A DNA stretch of 64,000 bases from Antechinus flavipes (Eukaryota). This document shows, one piece after another, positions 11,591-24,433 of this stretch. The translations under genes were made by a program, and so were the position numbers. Location: NCBI RefSeq assembly GCF_016432865.1, contig NC_067399.1, positions 514,042,001-514,106,000 of the forward strand. Reading direction: 5' to 3'. The notes beneath the pieces are model-generated. The model was not told the origin of the DNA. It saw only the letters and a list, made by a program, of their open reading frames with translations, and did not search any database. The stretch's first letter is position 1. Each line of letters starts with the position of its first letter.

Positions 11591-12335
11591 TTATATCATG
11601 ACTCTTCTGCTCTCCTATATTGTTTTCTTTCCACCATACATGTTAATGCATTTCTGAGTCCTTTTGCTCCCTTTCTAATTCAGTCAGGAATAGTAGTTGT
11701 ATTAGGTCAGAAATTGTATGAGGTGTCACTGATGCACCTGGAAGAGACTAAACATATCTGACTGTGGCAGGAAAGACCCTGAAAGTTCACTGATTTTTGT
11801 CCCCACCAAAAGCAGAGTTGCGATTCCAAAGGAACAGAAAACCTAAGTAACTTCATCTGAAGTCTTAAGACCATAATCTGAGGTCCCATTTGAGAGAAGT
11901 GGTAAAAATAAAAGTCACAGAGATAACTGAAAGGTTGAAAAATAGGTTTTCTGAGAAAAGGCAAATGACACTAAAATTAAGCTTAAAGAAGTATTTTCTG
12001 GGGGATTGAGAGATGGGTATATACTGTGGAGAATGTGGGGGAATGGATTTTTACTGCAACAAGAATTTAAGTTAGACATAAGGAAGAGATGTAAAGCCCA
12101 GGATTTCTCTGTTAATGAAGAGACTATATTGACAAGGGTTTAGAAGCTACTATCCCACTACCAGGTAGAGATTCCAGGATCCTAGCAATAGGAGCAGGGT
12201 AACAGAAGGGTACCTGAACTAGGAACTTATTTCTCTTGTGTCCAACTATTTTAAGATATCTTTACTAACCTATAGCCAGCTGCTAGTCTAGAGGACATTC
12301 AGATGGATAACCCTTCCCCCTTTGGGGTTTGAGAC

Positions 12336-12483
12336 TTTTTTTTTTTTTTGCTGAGGCAACTGGGGCTAAGTGACTTGCCCAGGGTCACACAGCTAGGAAG
12401 TGTTAAGTGTCTGAGGGCAGATTTGAACTCGGGTCCTCCTGCCTTCAGGCTGGTGCTCTCTCCACTGTACCACCTGGCTGCCC
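12336..12483 (-). mobile_element. Young full-length WSINE1-like SINE with poly(A) and TSD
   Basis: T-run 12336-12349, intact head and core, flanked by tttgagac at 12328-12335 and 12484-12491. Confidence 0.88.
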
Positions 12484-12853
12484 TTTGAGACCATTTTTAG
12501 GAGGAAGCTCTAAAAGACCTGCTTCAAAAAAAATTCTTTAAGAGTCTCTTAAAGCTGACAGGCATTTCTGAAGATGAGGTTCCCCTTCTGGAGTTACTTC
12601 AGGTCCAAAGAGTAAGCCTATGTGGGCCCTTCCTGAGCAGCGGCTATAATCTGAGAGGCCCTGGCACCTACCCAGAGCTGCTGGATAAATCTGCAGACCA
12701 ATTCCAGTGAATTCCTGGAGAATTCCCATAAGGAATATTATCCTGTCAGGGCCATTATAAGATCACTGAAAAAGGTGGTATAATTTGCTGCCCTTTCAGA
12801 TCACTCCATCTACTGCTTGCCCTTTCAGGAACGTTAAAGTTCAGCCCACTCAC

Positions 12854-13171
12854 AGAGAGCACCAGATCCCGCTTGCGCCTGGAGTTCTTCTGCCCCCCGC
12901 CCCTGGCCCTGCCAGGAGAAGCTGCGAACCCCAAGGATAATCTCAGCTCCCCAGCCCCAGCGGGGACCGACTCCTCCAAGGCGCTGTCCAAGGCGGCGGC
13001 GGCACTGAGCACATCCTCCGGGCGGGGCGGGGGCAGCTTGGCCCCGTTCTCCAGGCTTGTCTCCGAGGATGCCCGCTGGATGGCCAGTTGTGTGGCTGGA
13101 GAGAGCTGCTTGGCATAAGCAGGGACCAGCACCCGCTGCACCGCCCCCTCAGAGGCCACGTAGTCGTCCAG
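12854..13171 (-). CDS. C14orf93: C14orf93 coding exon 2 (LDDYVASEGAVQRVLVPAY...NSRRKRDLVLS)
   Basis: 318 bp, cttag acceptor, gtgagt donor, phase 0/0; contains a basic RRKR motif. Confidence 0.95.
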
Positions 13172-15297
13172 CTAAGAACAGAAAAACACCGCTTGTTAGA
13201 CAGTCAGGCCCAGAGCCAGGGGGTCGGGGAGGGGAGGCGAGGGATGGGCAGGGAGCTGGGTTCATCACCTGTCATTCCCCGGTCAAAGATAATGAACATA
13301 CAGAGTAATGGAGGCGGCCTTGGCACAGAGGAACCTCACAGGGCTGGCTTCTCCTGGGACTTCAGTAGAAGCAGGGTGGCAAATGCCTTTTGTGAGTTCA
13401 GGGTCTCTCCTGTTATATGGTTGTCATGGCCGATTATATGGATGGAGCACATTTTAGAGTATTTACTTGTACTTACTCATTTGTGAATGGTTGCTCTTGG
13501 GCACAAGAATGCATCTAGGTTAATGTTTTGTCTAAGAGAGGGTGGGGTGGTAGGAGACGGAGACTAAGCAGGAGCGGGAGCAAGAGAAGACAGAAACAGA
13601 CAGGGAAAAATAAGATGAACGAGACAGAAAAAGGGAGGGGTAGAGACAGAAACCTCTAGAGGAGATATACATTGAACGGCGTTGAAGCTGTCTGAATGTT
13701 CTCTCTTGCCCTCCATTCCCTCTGTTAGGCCAGCACTGTGTTCTCACCTGGATCCTGACCTGGCAGCACCTGAATGTCATTGCCCTGACATCCATTTAAC
13801 TAGCCTGTGCCCTCACCCAAGGACATACAGAACAGGGAGGGAGGCAGGGGGAAGGAGAAAGGAGGGGAGTTTTCTGCAGCCAAGAAAACAAAACAGTGAA
13901 AGTGAGGGGGAAAAAGCACAGAAAGAAGCGGGGGAGGAGGCTGAGATTTATAGACCTGTGAGCTGCTTTCTGCGCTGTGAAATCTAATTCCATCCTGTCG
14001 GCTTGGAAGCCTTCCCTGCCTGAAAGAAAACACACAGCTTGGGGCACTGCCTGGTCTGGCCCCCTCCCATCTTCCCCCCTGCCCCCCTCCCTGATTCTCC
14101 CAGCTCAGTCCCTCACTACCTTCCCACTTTATTGGTGGTCATGATCAGGCTCAGGTAACTGACCATTACCCACAATTCCATACTTAGGACAAAGTTGTGA
14201 CCAGGGAGCTGGCCAGTGGCAGTGCCACGCGGGAGGGGGATGAAAAGAGTTTATATATTCATTTCTCAGAACCAGCAGATGGTCTGGGAGTTTCATTCTT
14301 CCCATCTAGCCTGTATATTTTGTTCCTTCACCCTCACTCATTATTGAATGTAAAGCTGAGAATGGGGTAGAGATAGTACAGAGAGGAGGGCAGTTTTATG
14401 TATCTCTTATCTCTCAGTACAATAAGGTGACATATCTTTTGTTTTTTGTTGTTTTTTTTTCCTTTTACCTAGGCCAGATTTACCAATATATAACTATGAG
14501 CAGTGGAGAAGGAAAAAAGAAATCTGGACAGATTTCCCTCCCCCCCTTCCATGTTTGCTTCTTTAGGTTATTAAACCTATTCTTCACTTCTCTCTTCCTA
14601 CACCTGTTGATGATTCCCACTGTCTCCTCATCTCTTTTCCTCAATATTTCCTTTTCTCTATTCTACTTTTGCCTGTCCTCCCTCAATCCCCCTTTTCTTC
14701 CCTTCCCATCTAGATTTTTCTCTCCATTTTTCTAATTTCTTCATTATTTCCTTTTACTTAACTCTCATCTACTTTCAACTTTCCCCATTTCCTCGTTCTG
14801 TCTTCCTTTAACATGTACTTCTCCCTCTCCTCTTTCTATCTTCCCTCACCAGCACTGTCTCCCTCTCCTCTTCTTTATATCCCCCTCTCTCAATTCAACC
14901 TTGGCAAGCAGAGGGCCCGTGATAAAATATGAATGAGCCGTCTGTGCACGGCAGGCACTCTCGCCAGGAAAGGCAGAGCCTATGGAGCAGCAGAGACAGC
15001 TGCTGAGGAGAATGTGCCATGTGGAGCTATTGAGAGGGAGGGAAGGACACCCTCATCACCATGCACACACCAAAAATGCCTCCTGCCAAAGCCATCATGG
15101 TTCAGGAAAAAGTAAGAGCTCTAGGGATGACTTTCTCTGGGAGCAAGAGAAACTTGATACTGTTCTCAGTTCTATTGCAGTCACAACCAGAAGAAAGGTT
15201 TGGGATTAGAAAAAAGAGAAAGAAGGAATGAGAGAAAATGGGGCATGGAAAGTGTGCAGGGGAATGATATCGTCCCTTCCCTCATTGCCATACATAC

Positions 15298-15897
15298 AGG
15301 ATTGAGCAGTGGGGCAACCTCACTGGAAGTCAGGGCACAGCCAGGAAGCCGGATATCCCTCTGGGTGGACGGGAAGCCCAGGTGTCCAGTCCCAATAGCA
15401 GAGGCTGCTCCCAGTTGCCTCAGCTCCTCAATCACCACCTGCACGCCGCTGCCCACACTGTCACACTCCTCTTCTACTGCAGAGAGTGACTTGCAGGCTT
15501 CCCCAGGACTCCCCTTGAGAGACCCTGGCTCCTCAGGTGGGGTACCGTGGGCCCCGTCTTCCCCGCCCTCGTCAGTGGAAGGGCCTTTCTCCTGCCTCAG
15601 CTCGCCCACCTCCTCCTGGAGCCGCTTCAGCAGCTCATTGTTGGCTTTTGCCAGGCTCAGGGCAGCTTCGGCCAATCCCACGGCCTTGTCTACCCGCTGA
15701 TAGATGATGTGCAGGAGCTGCTCCGAGTTCTGCACGGCAAGGCCGTGCCCGGTCACGGTGATCGGGGTGCAGGGCTGGGGGTCAGCTCCCGAAGGCCCCG
15801 TGTGGCCGCCGTTTGGCTCACTCTTACAGGCACAACAGCAGCACTTGGCTTCGTTGCCATTGGGTGGGGAAAACAAGATGGTGGCACTGAAGGACAT
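15298..15897 (-). CDS. C14orf93: C14orf93 coding exon 1 (MSFSATILFSPP...VAPLLNP)
   Basis: 600 bp from ATG 15897 to the gtatgt donor; the six exons sum to 539 aa plus stop (human about 538 aa). Confidence 0.95.
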
Positions 15898-16305
15898 TCT
15901 GCCCGGGTCAGCGACGCTTCTTTGGGTTCACACCAGCGGGGCTTTACAGAGCACGTGCAGGGCCAGACCTGGCTTCCCAGGGCTGAGAACAAGCATTGGA
16001 CTCTGGAGAGGCTCCCTCTTCTCCCTCAGGGGCAGCCAGCAGGAGAGCTGTGAAGAAAGCTGGTAAGGAGGGCCATGGTGGGAGAGCGCTCCCCTCAGCC
16101 CTCCGCTGGCTCTCCGTGGCCTTCTCCCTGAGCCTCGGTGGCCTGCCCTTGGGCCACTCTCCGACTTCAGAGCCCACTACGGTGCATCACAGACATGGAT
16201 TACTATGAGGATAAGGCTTGCAGGAACTTTTCTGATGAATTCACTTTTCAGGAGATGAGAGGGATTCTTTCTGGTCCCAGTCATGGAAGCCTGCCAAAAA
16301 CCTGA
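15898..16305 (-). other. C14orf93: 5'UTR part of the C14orf93 ATG-containing exon
   Basis: Polypyrimidine tract plus AG (cctcttttctattttatag) ends at 16306; contains several uATGs. Confidence 0.6.
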
Positions 16306-17204
16306 CTATAAAATAGAAAAGAGGATCCACCATCATCTGAAAAATTGGAAGATTAAGGAAGAAAATATAGGACTGTCTCTTTACTATCATCACTATAATA
16401 ACAGCAGTAATACCTCCTACAGCTATGGTACCATTCTTTAAAGAGTTCAAAATGCTTCACAAAGGTTATTTTATCTTCACAGTCCTGGCTGTAAGACACA
16501 TTTTCCCCAAATCCAGATAAATGAGGCAAAAAGAAATTAAGTGTCTTTTGAAGGTCATTGCTTGGCCAACAGAAATCTGGTTTTGTTACTCTTAATCCAG
16601 AACATTCTTTCCAACCTTAAACCTTAAAATGATTAATAAATGTTCATTACTTGTATTAATTATTATTCTTATTATTACTATTTACTACTGCTTCCTATTT
16701 ACATGGAAAGTCAAGAACATTACCCCTTTTATAAATATTACAGGTGTATTTAGCCATTAAAAGAATACTCAGATTTTACTAAAAGAGTTCCATAGACATA
16801 CACTGTTTCTTATGTCATAAAGAGCACATCACCCTAATTTTTTTTTTCCAGGAATGGGGATGCAAAGATAGCAAAAGAATGAAATGAGGAACTGGTTAAA
16901 AGAGACAGCATTTCTTATGAGCCCTGAGCACTTGGCTTTTTTTTTTTTTTTAATTACTTTTACTTGTTGTTCCAAACCTTTCAAAAGTGATTTGATGAGA
17001 CAAAAATCCAGACAGCCAAAGCAGAATTTGTGCAAAAGCTTGAGAATCATACCCACTGCGTGTCACTGTTTCTATCCAGAAGCTTCTCTAATTCTTCCTT
17101 ATTCTGCCAGTTGTTTGCACTTCCCATCACTACCACCAAAAACTTGTATTTAATATTTACTTTTTTTGCATACATGTGCTTTTCTGCCCATCTCTCCTTC
17201 CTCT

Positions 17205-17325
17205 CCCCCACAGTGAAAGGAAGTTCCTTGAAGGCAAGGAGTTTCTTCATTTTTATGTATTTGTAGTTCCAGTAACTAGCACATAATATGAGCTTGATGA
17301 ATACTGGTTGAATTGAATTGAATTA
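17205..17325 (+). mobile_element. L2 3' end
   Basis: aagttccttgaaggcaagga...tagcacataat...gttgaattgaattgaatt, the typical L2 tail. Confidence 0.65.
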
Positions 17326-20300
17326 CCATCTACCAAAGGCTTGGATTCTTCATTGTAACACATACAACATGATTTATCACAAAACTAATAAAAATATGTC
17401 ATGAGGGAAAAACTTTTCAGGCAGTTAAAATGAAATAAGCAGTACCAAGAAAACAATACACACAGTAACTACAACATTGTAAATGGAAAGAACAATTACA
17501 CACCAAAAAATCAAAAGTAAATGTAACCAAATTATCACGATCAAGTGGGGTTTGAATAAAAGAGATATGAGAAGGCAGACCCATCCTACTCCTTTGTGGA
17601 GAGGGGAGGTCCACTGTTGTCACACATCGCACATGTTTTCATACTTTTTCAATATATTGATCAGTTATGCTAACTTTTTTTTTCATCTCCAATAAATACT
17701 ATGTTATACGGGATGACTCTTTGGAATAGGAAATAGGAAGAATACATGTGATTCTACAGCAATCTATAAAACAGAAAGTATAAACAAAACTTATTTTTTA
17801 AAAATAGAACATATGCATTTATAAAAATTTTTTTTAAAAAAAGGTCCATCCTTCTTGCCCATGTATGTTATATCCAGATAGCTGTCGATTTTTCCTACCA
17901 TTAATTCCAGCACCACAGAGAACTAATGTTCATGAATTCCTTAATCCCAATATCAATGCTTCCGGTAGGAAGGGACTATATCAGTTTCCTCCTTTCACAT
18001 GATCCTCGACCCCTCTGAAAAAAGACTAATATATTATCAAAAAATCATATTATAGCCTTTTAATTATGGTACTTAACTAGTTAAACCTGTACCCCCAAAT
18101 CTTCCAAAATCCCAGTCCCATGACTGGGAAAACTTCAAAGAACATTATAAATATTATTGTTTTCTATATGATATTGGGTTATAGTTAAGAAAAAATCCTA
18201 TCTGAACTCAGTGAGAAACTCAGTGAACTAAGTGAGAAAAATGTAAGCAGGTTTAGCATTTCCTCAAGAGATATATTTTTATCTTACTCTTGTTAATTTT
18301 ATCATAAAATCACAATTAAAAGCACACAAGATAATTTGGCTCATTTTTGGTAGATCTAGTTTTCTAGAATCCACAAACCCATCTCTGAAACAGCCAACAT
18401 GTCTGTGCCTCTGAGGTACTGAAACTTAATTTGATGACTCCTTTTAATTACATTTGGTTATTAAGAATAGCTTTTAATTTGCTCTTTTCTACCTCCATAT
18501 CAAAAAAAAAAAAAAAAAAACCCAGCCTCTGCACATTTGAAAGGGCTTACCCCAAATCCAGTACTGTTTCCTTTGTCATTAAAGTCATTGAAAGACTCAA
18601 CTAAATCTAAAATGAAAGGTTAAAGCAAAATTAAAACTAAAGGTTAAAACAGAATTATATGATTTTTTTTTTGGTCAGTTTCTATAGTGGTCATCGTTAT
18701 CTTTTTCCTACTAAATAACCTCCTCCCATTATTCTCTCAGGATTTTTATAACATATACTATGACAAGAGAAACCTCTTGAACACAAATGCTAAGAGAAAA
18801 ACTCCATTTTGGGAGAGTAAAGGGTGGCTTCAAAATGCTGTGTTGACTGTGTATAGCCTTGATAGAACTAGGAATTAAAATTCAATCAACTCAGACTACC
18901 ACGTGGCTCCTAGTTTCCAGCTGGCTTCATGGGCTGTCAACCCCCTTTGTGGTCCCAATCTGACAGTTGTAACATCTGGTGATTCTGCTCCTTCCCCCAG
19001 AGTATTTCTAGCTTTTCCAATGTTGTCCCTCCAGCTCTTGCCCTCAGTAGCAGTGGCCTTCCTAATCTGCCTATCTTACAGCACTTACTTCTCCCACTCC
19101 TGATCCCCATAAACTCTTCTCCTGCTGGTTCTGCACCTTGAGTTGAGTTACTCTTTGAATTTCTCATGGTTATTTTAACTTTCTCCTTCGTCTGTTGAAG
19201 GTAGTTTGATAATCTATCTATCTGTCTATCTATTTATAAACATACATAGATACAAAGATCTATACATACACATACATATAAATGTATATTATATTCTCTG
19301 GGTATCCTCATTAAAGGTTGGGCAAATTAAATAACATATGCATTGATGAATTTCTGGCCCTTTCTTACAAGACTATTACAAAGTGGGCTTCAACTCTGAT
19401 GCTTCATAGAAATTGATCCTAGGATCCCAAAGACTACCCCAGGAACAGAAATTCTGGCAGATCCTACTGAGTGCAAGTCTCAGTGATGGAGTATGTGTTT
19501 GATCTCCAAGGATCAGCCTAGCTCAGTCTAGACATTGGCTACAATCAAAAGATTGACCACTAATAACTCAGGAAATCATATATTATGCCAGTCCATTAAT
19601 CCCCACAATGACAAAGTGTGCATGACAGAGTTTGGCATAGGGGTTAGGAATTGTGATCTGTATTGGTGGAGTGATCCATTAAACAATGGATCCACTGAAG
19701 AACTAAGAAAGAAAAGGTGTATACATGGTGACATATATCCTGGATCTTTCAACAAGCATTTAAGAAGTACTTTGAGTGTTAAGGAACTAGAAAACAAAGT
19801 TTCACTCAAGGTTATCTTTTGTAATTGTGAAAATTTTAGAGGGATACTATATAAGTGTATGTAGATAGACAGATGGATAGATCGACCAATCTGGTTTTGC
19901 TAGGTAGTTGTGAAAGAATGAAATGGGCAGATAAAGAAGATAGAATAAGGAGGTGGAACATCTTAACCTTGAATATGATCTAATAAGTCAATAGGCCATC
20001 CTTGTGGGGTTTTGAACTAGAAGATGTAATAAAAACTATTTTAGGAAGATTAATCTTGTAGCAATTCAAAGAATGAAATTAGAGAAACATGCTGGAGACC
20101 AGAAAAATAGCTAGTCAATGATTGCAAGTAATTTAGATATAGGTGGCAAGGCACTGGATTTGGGCACATGTGAAAGATCTAAATTTAATGAAATAAGGAT
20201 CAACAGAGACATTATGGAAGAAGAAATGGTGGAATTTGGTGATTTTAGGACATTAAGGAGGAGGATAAGGAAAGGCAGGAATAAAAGAAGAAGTCAGACA

Positions 20301-20590
20301 GCTTCAAGACTGAGAGCCAGGAGAACAAGAGTAAGTCACATCATTAACAGAAAATGAACAAGTTAAATACAAATGCTAGTATTCTAGAGAAGATTATACA
20401 TTCTGCCTTTATATTTTGTTTTAAGTGATGACAAGATGTTCAAGGGGATATATATGCTACAGACAGTTATGGATAAAAGACTAATGACAAGTGACAGGTC
20501 AGAATTAGAGATATAGCTCTGAAATCAATTCAATAAATATTTACAAAGCACCTATTGTATGTAAGGTTTACTGTGCTAAATGCTATAGGA

Positions 20591-20998
20591 CAGTGGTTCT
20601 CAAAGTATGGTCTAGAGCAGTGGTCCTCAAACTTTTGTTCTCAATATCTTTATCCTATTAAAAATGATTGAGGATCTGTCCAAAGAGTTTTTGTTTATGT
20701 GGGTTATAGTTATAGATATTGATCACATTAAAAATAAAAACTAATTATGAATTTGTAGACTCTCTGAAAGGATTTCAGAGATTCCCAGGATGCTCCGGCC
20801 CAGACTTTGAGAATAACTGGAGAATCCTAGGGAATCTCTGAAATCCTTTTAGAGGGTCTACAAATTCAAAAATGGTTTTTATTTCCAACATGGTAAATGT
20901 CTATAAATATAATCCAGATAAACAAAAACTCTTTGGAGAGATGCTCAATAATTTTTAATAGGATAAAGAAACTGAAAACAAAAGTTTGAGAATCACTG
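20591..20998 (+). mobile_element. Charlie1-type hAT MITE (outer copy) interrupted by a second, inverted copy
   Basis: TIRs cagtggttctcaaa / tttgagaatcactg; perfect 8-bp TSD ctatagga at 20583-20590 and 20999-21006. Confidence 0.85.
20618..20819 (-). mobile_element. Charlie1-type hAT MITE (inner, inverted copy)
   Basis: TIRs cagtggtcctcaaa / tttgagaataactg; its reverse complement aligns along the outer copy; inserted right after GTCTAGAG (20610-20617). Confidence 0.85.
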
Positions 20999-21140
20999 CT
21001 ATAGGACATAAAGATAAAGAAAATATCCCAGAAAGTTTATAATCTGATAGGGAAGAAAAAACATATAGACTAGTAACTATAATACAAAATATAAGAATAA
21101 AGTATCTAAGAGTGGGTTAAGAGCTATGAGAGGTTTTCTG

Positions 21141-21172
21141 GTTTGTTTGTTTGTTTGTTTGTTTGTTTGTTT
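21141..21172. repeat. (GTTT)n microsatellite
   Basis: About 7-8 perfect GTTT units. Confidence 0.95.
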
Positions 21173-21797
21173 TTAACACAAAATAAGGTTTTACTAAAAA
21201 GCAGAAAACAAAATAGAAATTCTGGAATGAACAACCTATTAGTTAATTAATCAATTAATACATTTGATAGTATTAACTACTGTCAGGCACTGCAGTAGGT
21301 GTTGAGAATACATTTACAAGAGCGAGTTATTCCCAATTCTCAAGTAGCTAAGTTTTATAATAGGTTCAGAGATGAGTAAATACAGGATAATACAAAATAA
21401 AATCAGTCATGGGATGGGGGTGGGGAATACCAACACCCAACTTATCTCACTCTTTGGCCTGCTCCACAACTTCAACAATATTATCCTCAGCTAGAATTTA
21501 AATTCCTTGAGAGTTTATATTAAGAATATGGAATTTTCTTGTATTTTCATCTCCAGGACTTAGCACAGTACTGTGAGTAAAGAAAAAATATCAGAACATG
21601 ATAGTGAGGAGGTAGGACAACAAAACTTGTTGGTTGTGGTGAGAGAGAATGAACAGTTGAGGATAATTCATAGATTATAAATTTTGGAGATTGAAGAATG
21701 GTGCTACCCTCAACAGAAATATGAAATAATAATAACCATAACAGCATTTATACAGTGCTTTAAGATTTGCAAAGCACTTTACACATATTATCTCATG

Positions 21798-22145
21798 CCA
21801 TCTACACCCAGAGAAAGGACTGCAGGAACTGAGTGTGGATTGTAACATAACATTTTCTCACTCTTTTTTGTTGTTTTTCATTTGCCTTTTGTTTTCTTAT
21901 TCATTTTCTTTCCTTTTTGATTTGATCTTTCTTGTGCATGAAGATAATTGTACAAGTGTTTCCATATATTGGATTTAACATATTGGATTATTTGCCATTT
22001 AGGGGAGGGAGTGAGGAAAAGGAAGGGATAATTTGGAACACAAAGCTATGCAAAGATCAATATTGAAAAATTATCCATTCATATGTTTTGAAAATAAAAA
22101 GCTTTAATAATAATTTTTAAAAGCACACACACACATACAAAACAA
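21798..22145 (+). mobile_element. 5'-truncated L1 3' end inserted into a MIR/Mar SINE
   Basis: Marsupial L1 3'UTR motifs (ggaactgagtgtgga..., aataaaaagc) flanked by 13-bp TSD atattatctcatg at 21785-21797 and 22146-22158. Confidence 0.85.
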
Positions 22146-22361
22146 ATATTATCTCATGTTATCCTCACAAAATTCCTGGGAAATGGGTGTTATCAGTATA
22201 ATGTTTTGCACATGTTGAGTTTTGACACGTCTAAAGGAAATCCAATTTGAAAAGTCTAGTAGGCAGATAGAGATGTCAAACTAGTGCTGAAGAGGGAGCT
22301 GAGGATTGGATTATGTAGATTTTGGAGTCATCTGCATAGAGAAGATTAGGATCACTTAGAG

Positions 22362-22499
22362 CAGAGATGAGGAACTTTTTTCCTGCCAACAGCCATTTGG
22401 ATATTTATAACATCATTCGAGGGCCAAAGAAAATTATCAATTTACAGAACGCAAGCAGTGGGAGGTTGTTGTACCTAGCTTTCAGCTCATCATCACCTG
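22362..22499. mobile_element. Short hAT-like MITE remnant
   Basis: cagagatgaggaac...ggatatttataacatcattcgagggcca...catcatcacctg with imperfect TIRs; no clear TSD. Confidence 0.4.
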
Positions 22500-23445
22500 C
22501 AATTGATTATGCAAATGATTTTGTGGGCCCTTCCCCATCCCTTACTTAGAATTTAAAGAGAAAAAGAAAAGGTCGGAGAGCTTTGCGATATAACTACAGA
22601 GGGGGTAAGACATGGATAATGACTTTCAAAGAAAATGGAAAAGGATCAGTTCTATCGGTAGGAAATGGCCCATGACAGAAAAATGTCCTAAAAACTCAAG
22701 GAGAAGGGAATCAACAAAGACAAATACTGAAGAAAAATTAAGGATGAGGACTTGAATTTGGCAGAAAAGACATTGGTCTGAAGAGAGTAGTTTCCATCAA
22801 GCTTTGGAAGCCCAACAGAATTGAGTGGCAGGGTAGAAAGTGGAGACAACCTATAAACAGCTTCTTCTAATTAAACAATACAAAGGAAGAGAGCCAGAGA
22901 TGACAGCTCAAAGCAGTAGAGTCAAATGAAGATACATATATTTTCAAGAACGGGAGAGATCTGGGCATGGTTGATATTGCAGCAGAGGAGTCTAGTAGAT
23001 AAGAATTGAACATTGGGGAGGGTCCAAAAGGTCAAATTTTGAAAGATGGGAGGGAATGGGTGGAAGACAGAAGGAAAGGGATTGGCATTGGCAAAGACTG
23101 TCTCATTTGCTGAGGCTAGGGCAAAGGAGGGGATCAGATTGAGATTTTTGGAAATATGGAATTGGGGATGAGGGATGTCAATGGACGGGCCTCAATATTT
23201 TCAGTGATGAAAGAGGTGAGGTCTTCTGCTAAGAAGAGAGGGAAAAGTGGTAATACAGGTGAATAGAGGAAGGAAGAAAAGCTTTGGAACACTCTGTGAC
23301 AAGAAAAGGAAATAAGCATTTGTATAATGCCCAAGTACTACACCAGGCCTTTTGTTGTTGCTGTTATTGTTTTTACAAATAGTGTCTCATTTGATTCTCA
23401 CAACAACCCTGCATTTTATTATCCCTATTTTACAGTTTTATTATC

Positions 23446-23689
23446 CCAAACATAGTGGATGTCATGAACAAAAATACAGGAAGGTAGGAAAGGGCAAGAA
23501 AATTTGAGGAAATGGTGAGGAGTCCAATTTAGTAGGAATATAGAGTATGTGAGGGAACTAAGTGTGAAGTGAAAGCAGGAGAAGTGGATTGGAACCAGAT
23601 TGTGAAGTGCATTCAATGCTAGACTTAAAGATGTAAATTGAAACTGTGGGAATCAATATGGTCTCCAAAAGAAAACAGCAAAGGAAGAA
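23446..23689 (+). repeat. 244-bp direct duplication, copy 1 (inserted inside a SINE)
   Basis: Identical to 24434-24677 except 2 mismatches by eye; offset 988 bp. Confidence 0.95.
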
Positions 23690-24433
23690 ACTGAGGCAAA
23701 CAGAAGTGAGGTGATTTGCCTGGAGTCACATGGTCTGCAAGTATCCACGGATACATTTGAATGAAAGTCTTCCTGACTCCAGATCCAGATCTCTATCCAT
23801 CAAATCATCAGTTGCTCAGAACTTAATTAATGGAGAATCAGTAAAGATGGATAAAAGGATTGTCATGTGGCAATGAGAACTCAGCTGAATCTGGATTACA
23901 TAAAATTTTAATATCTTAGGTCAGTATAGTTGTGTGACTTTTTTAAGCAGCCAGGAGCAAAGAAAAAAAGTCTGAAGGAAGAAGTAATCTATGTTTAGGA
24001 TTTTGGAAAAAAAAAAAAAAAAGCAGAGATAACACAATGTGTCGAGGAATTCAAAAATCAAAGACAACTGAAATTGAACTGGTTAATTAAAGAGTTGGGA
24101 TCTTAAACTGAGAAAGATAAAGCTAGGAGATGGGGAAGGGGCAAAGCAGAGAGGGGTACTTTCAAAAAATATTTAAATATATCACTTAGAGTCCTTGTAT
24201 GTGGTTTCCCTTAGTGTATTTAAACAAATATAGTCTAATTGTTTCATTGCCACTTAAGATTTATAGGATAGAGTGGTCATCTTCATGAGAGCTCCACTGA
24301 AGTAGAGAAAAATTTTGGACTGAATAATCAAGTAAAGGTTCAGGGAGAGAATATATTTTAGCTAAACACTGAAAGATGAATAGGATTCCAATAAGGCAAG
24401 GTGGCTGGGAGTGGGAAGAAGTGAGAGTAAGTT

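Noticed and set aside
15200-16208. Antisense ORFs over C14orf93 coding exon 1
   Set aside because: Shadow frames of a real coding exon.
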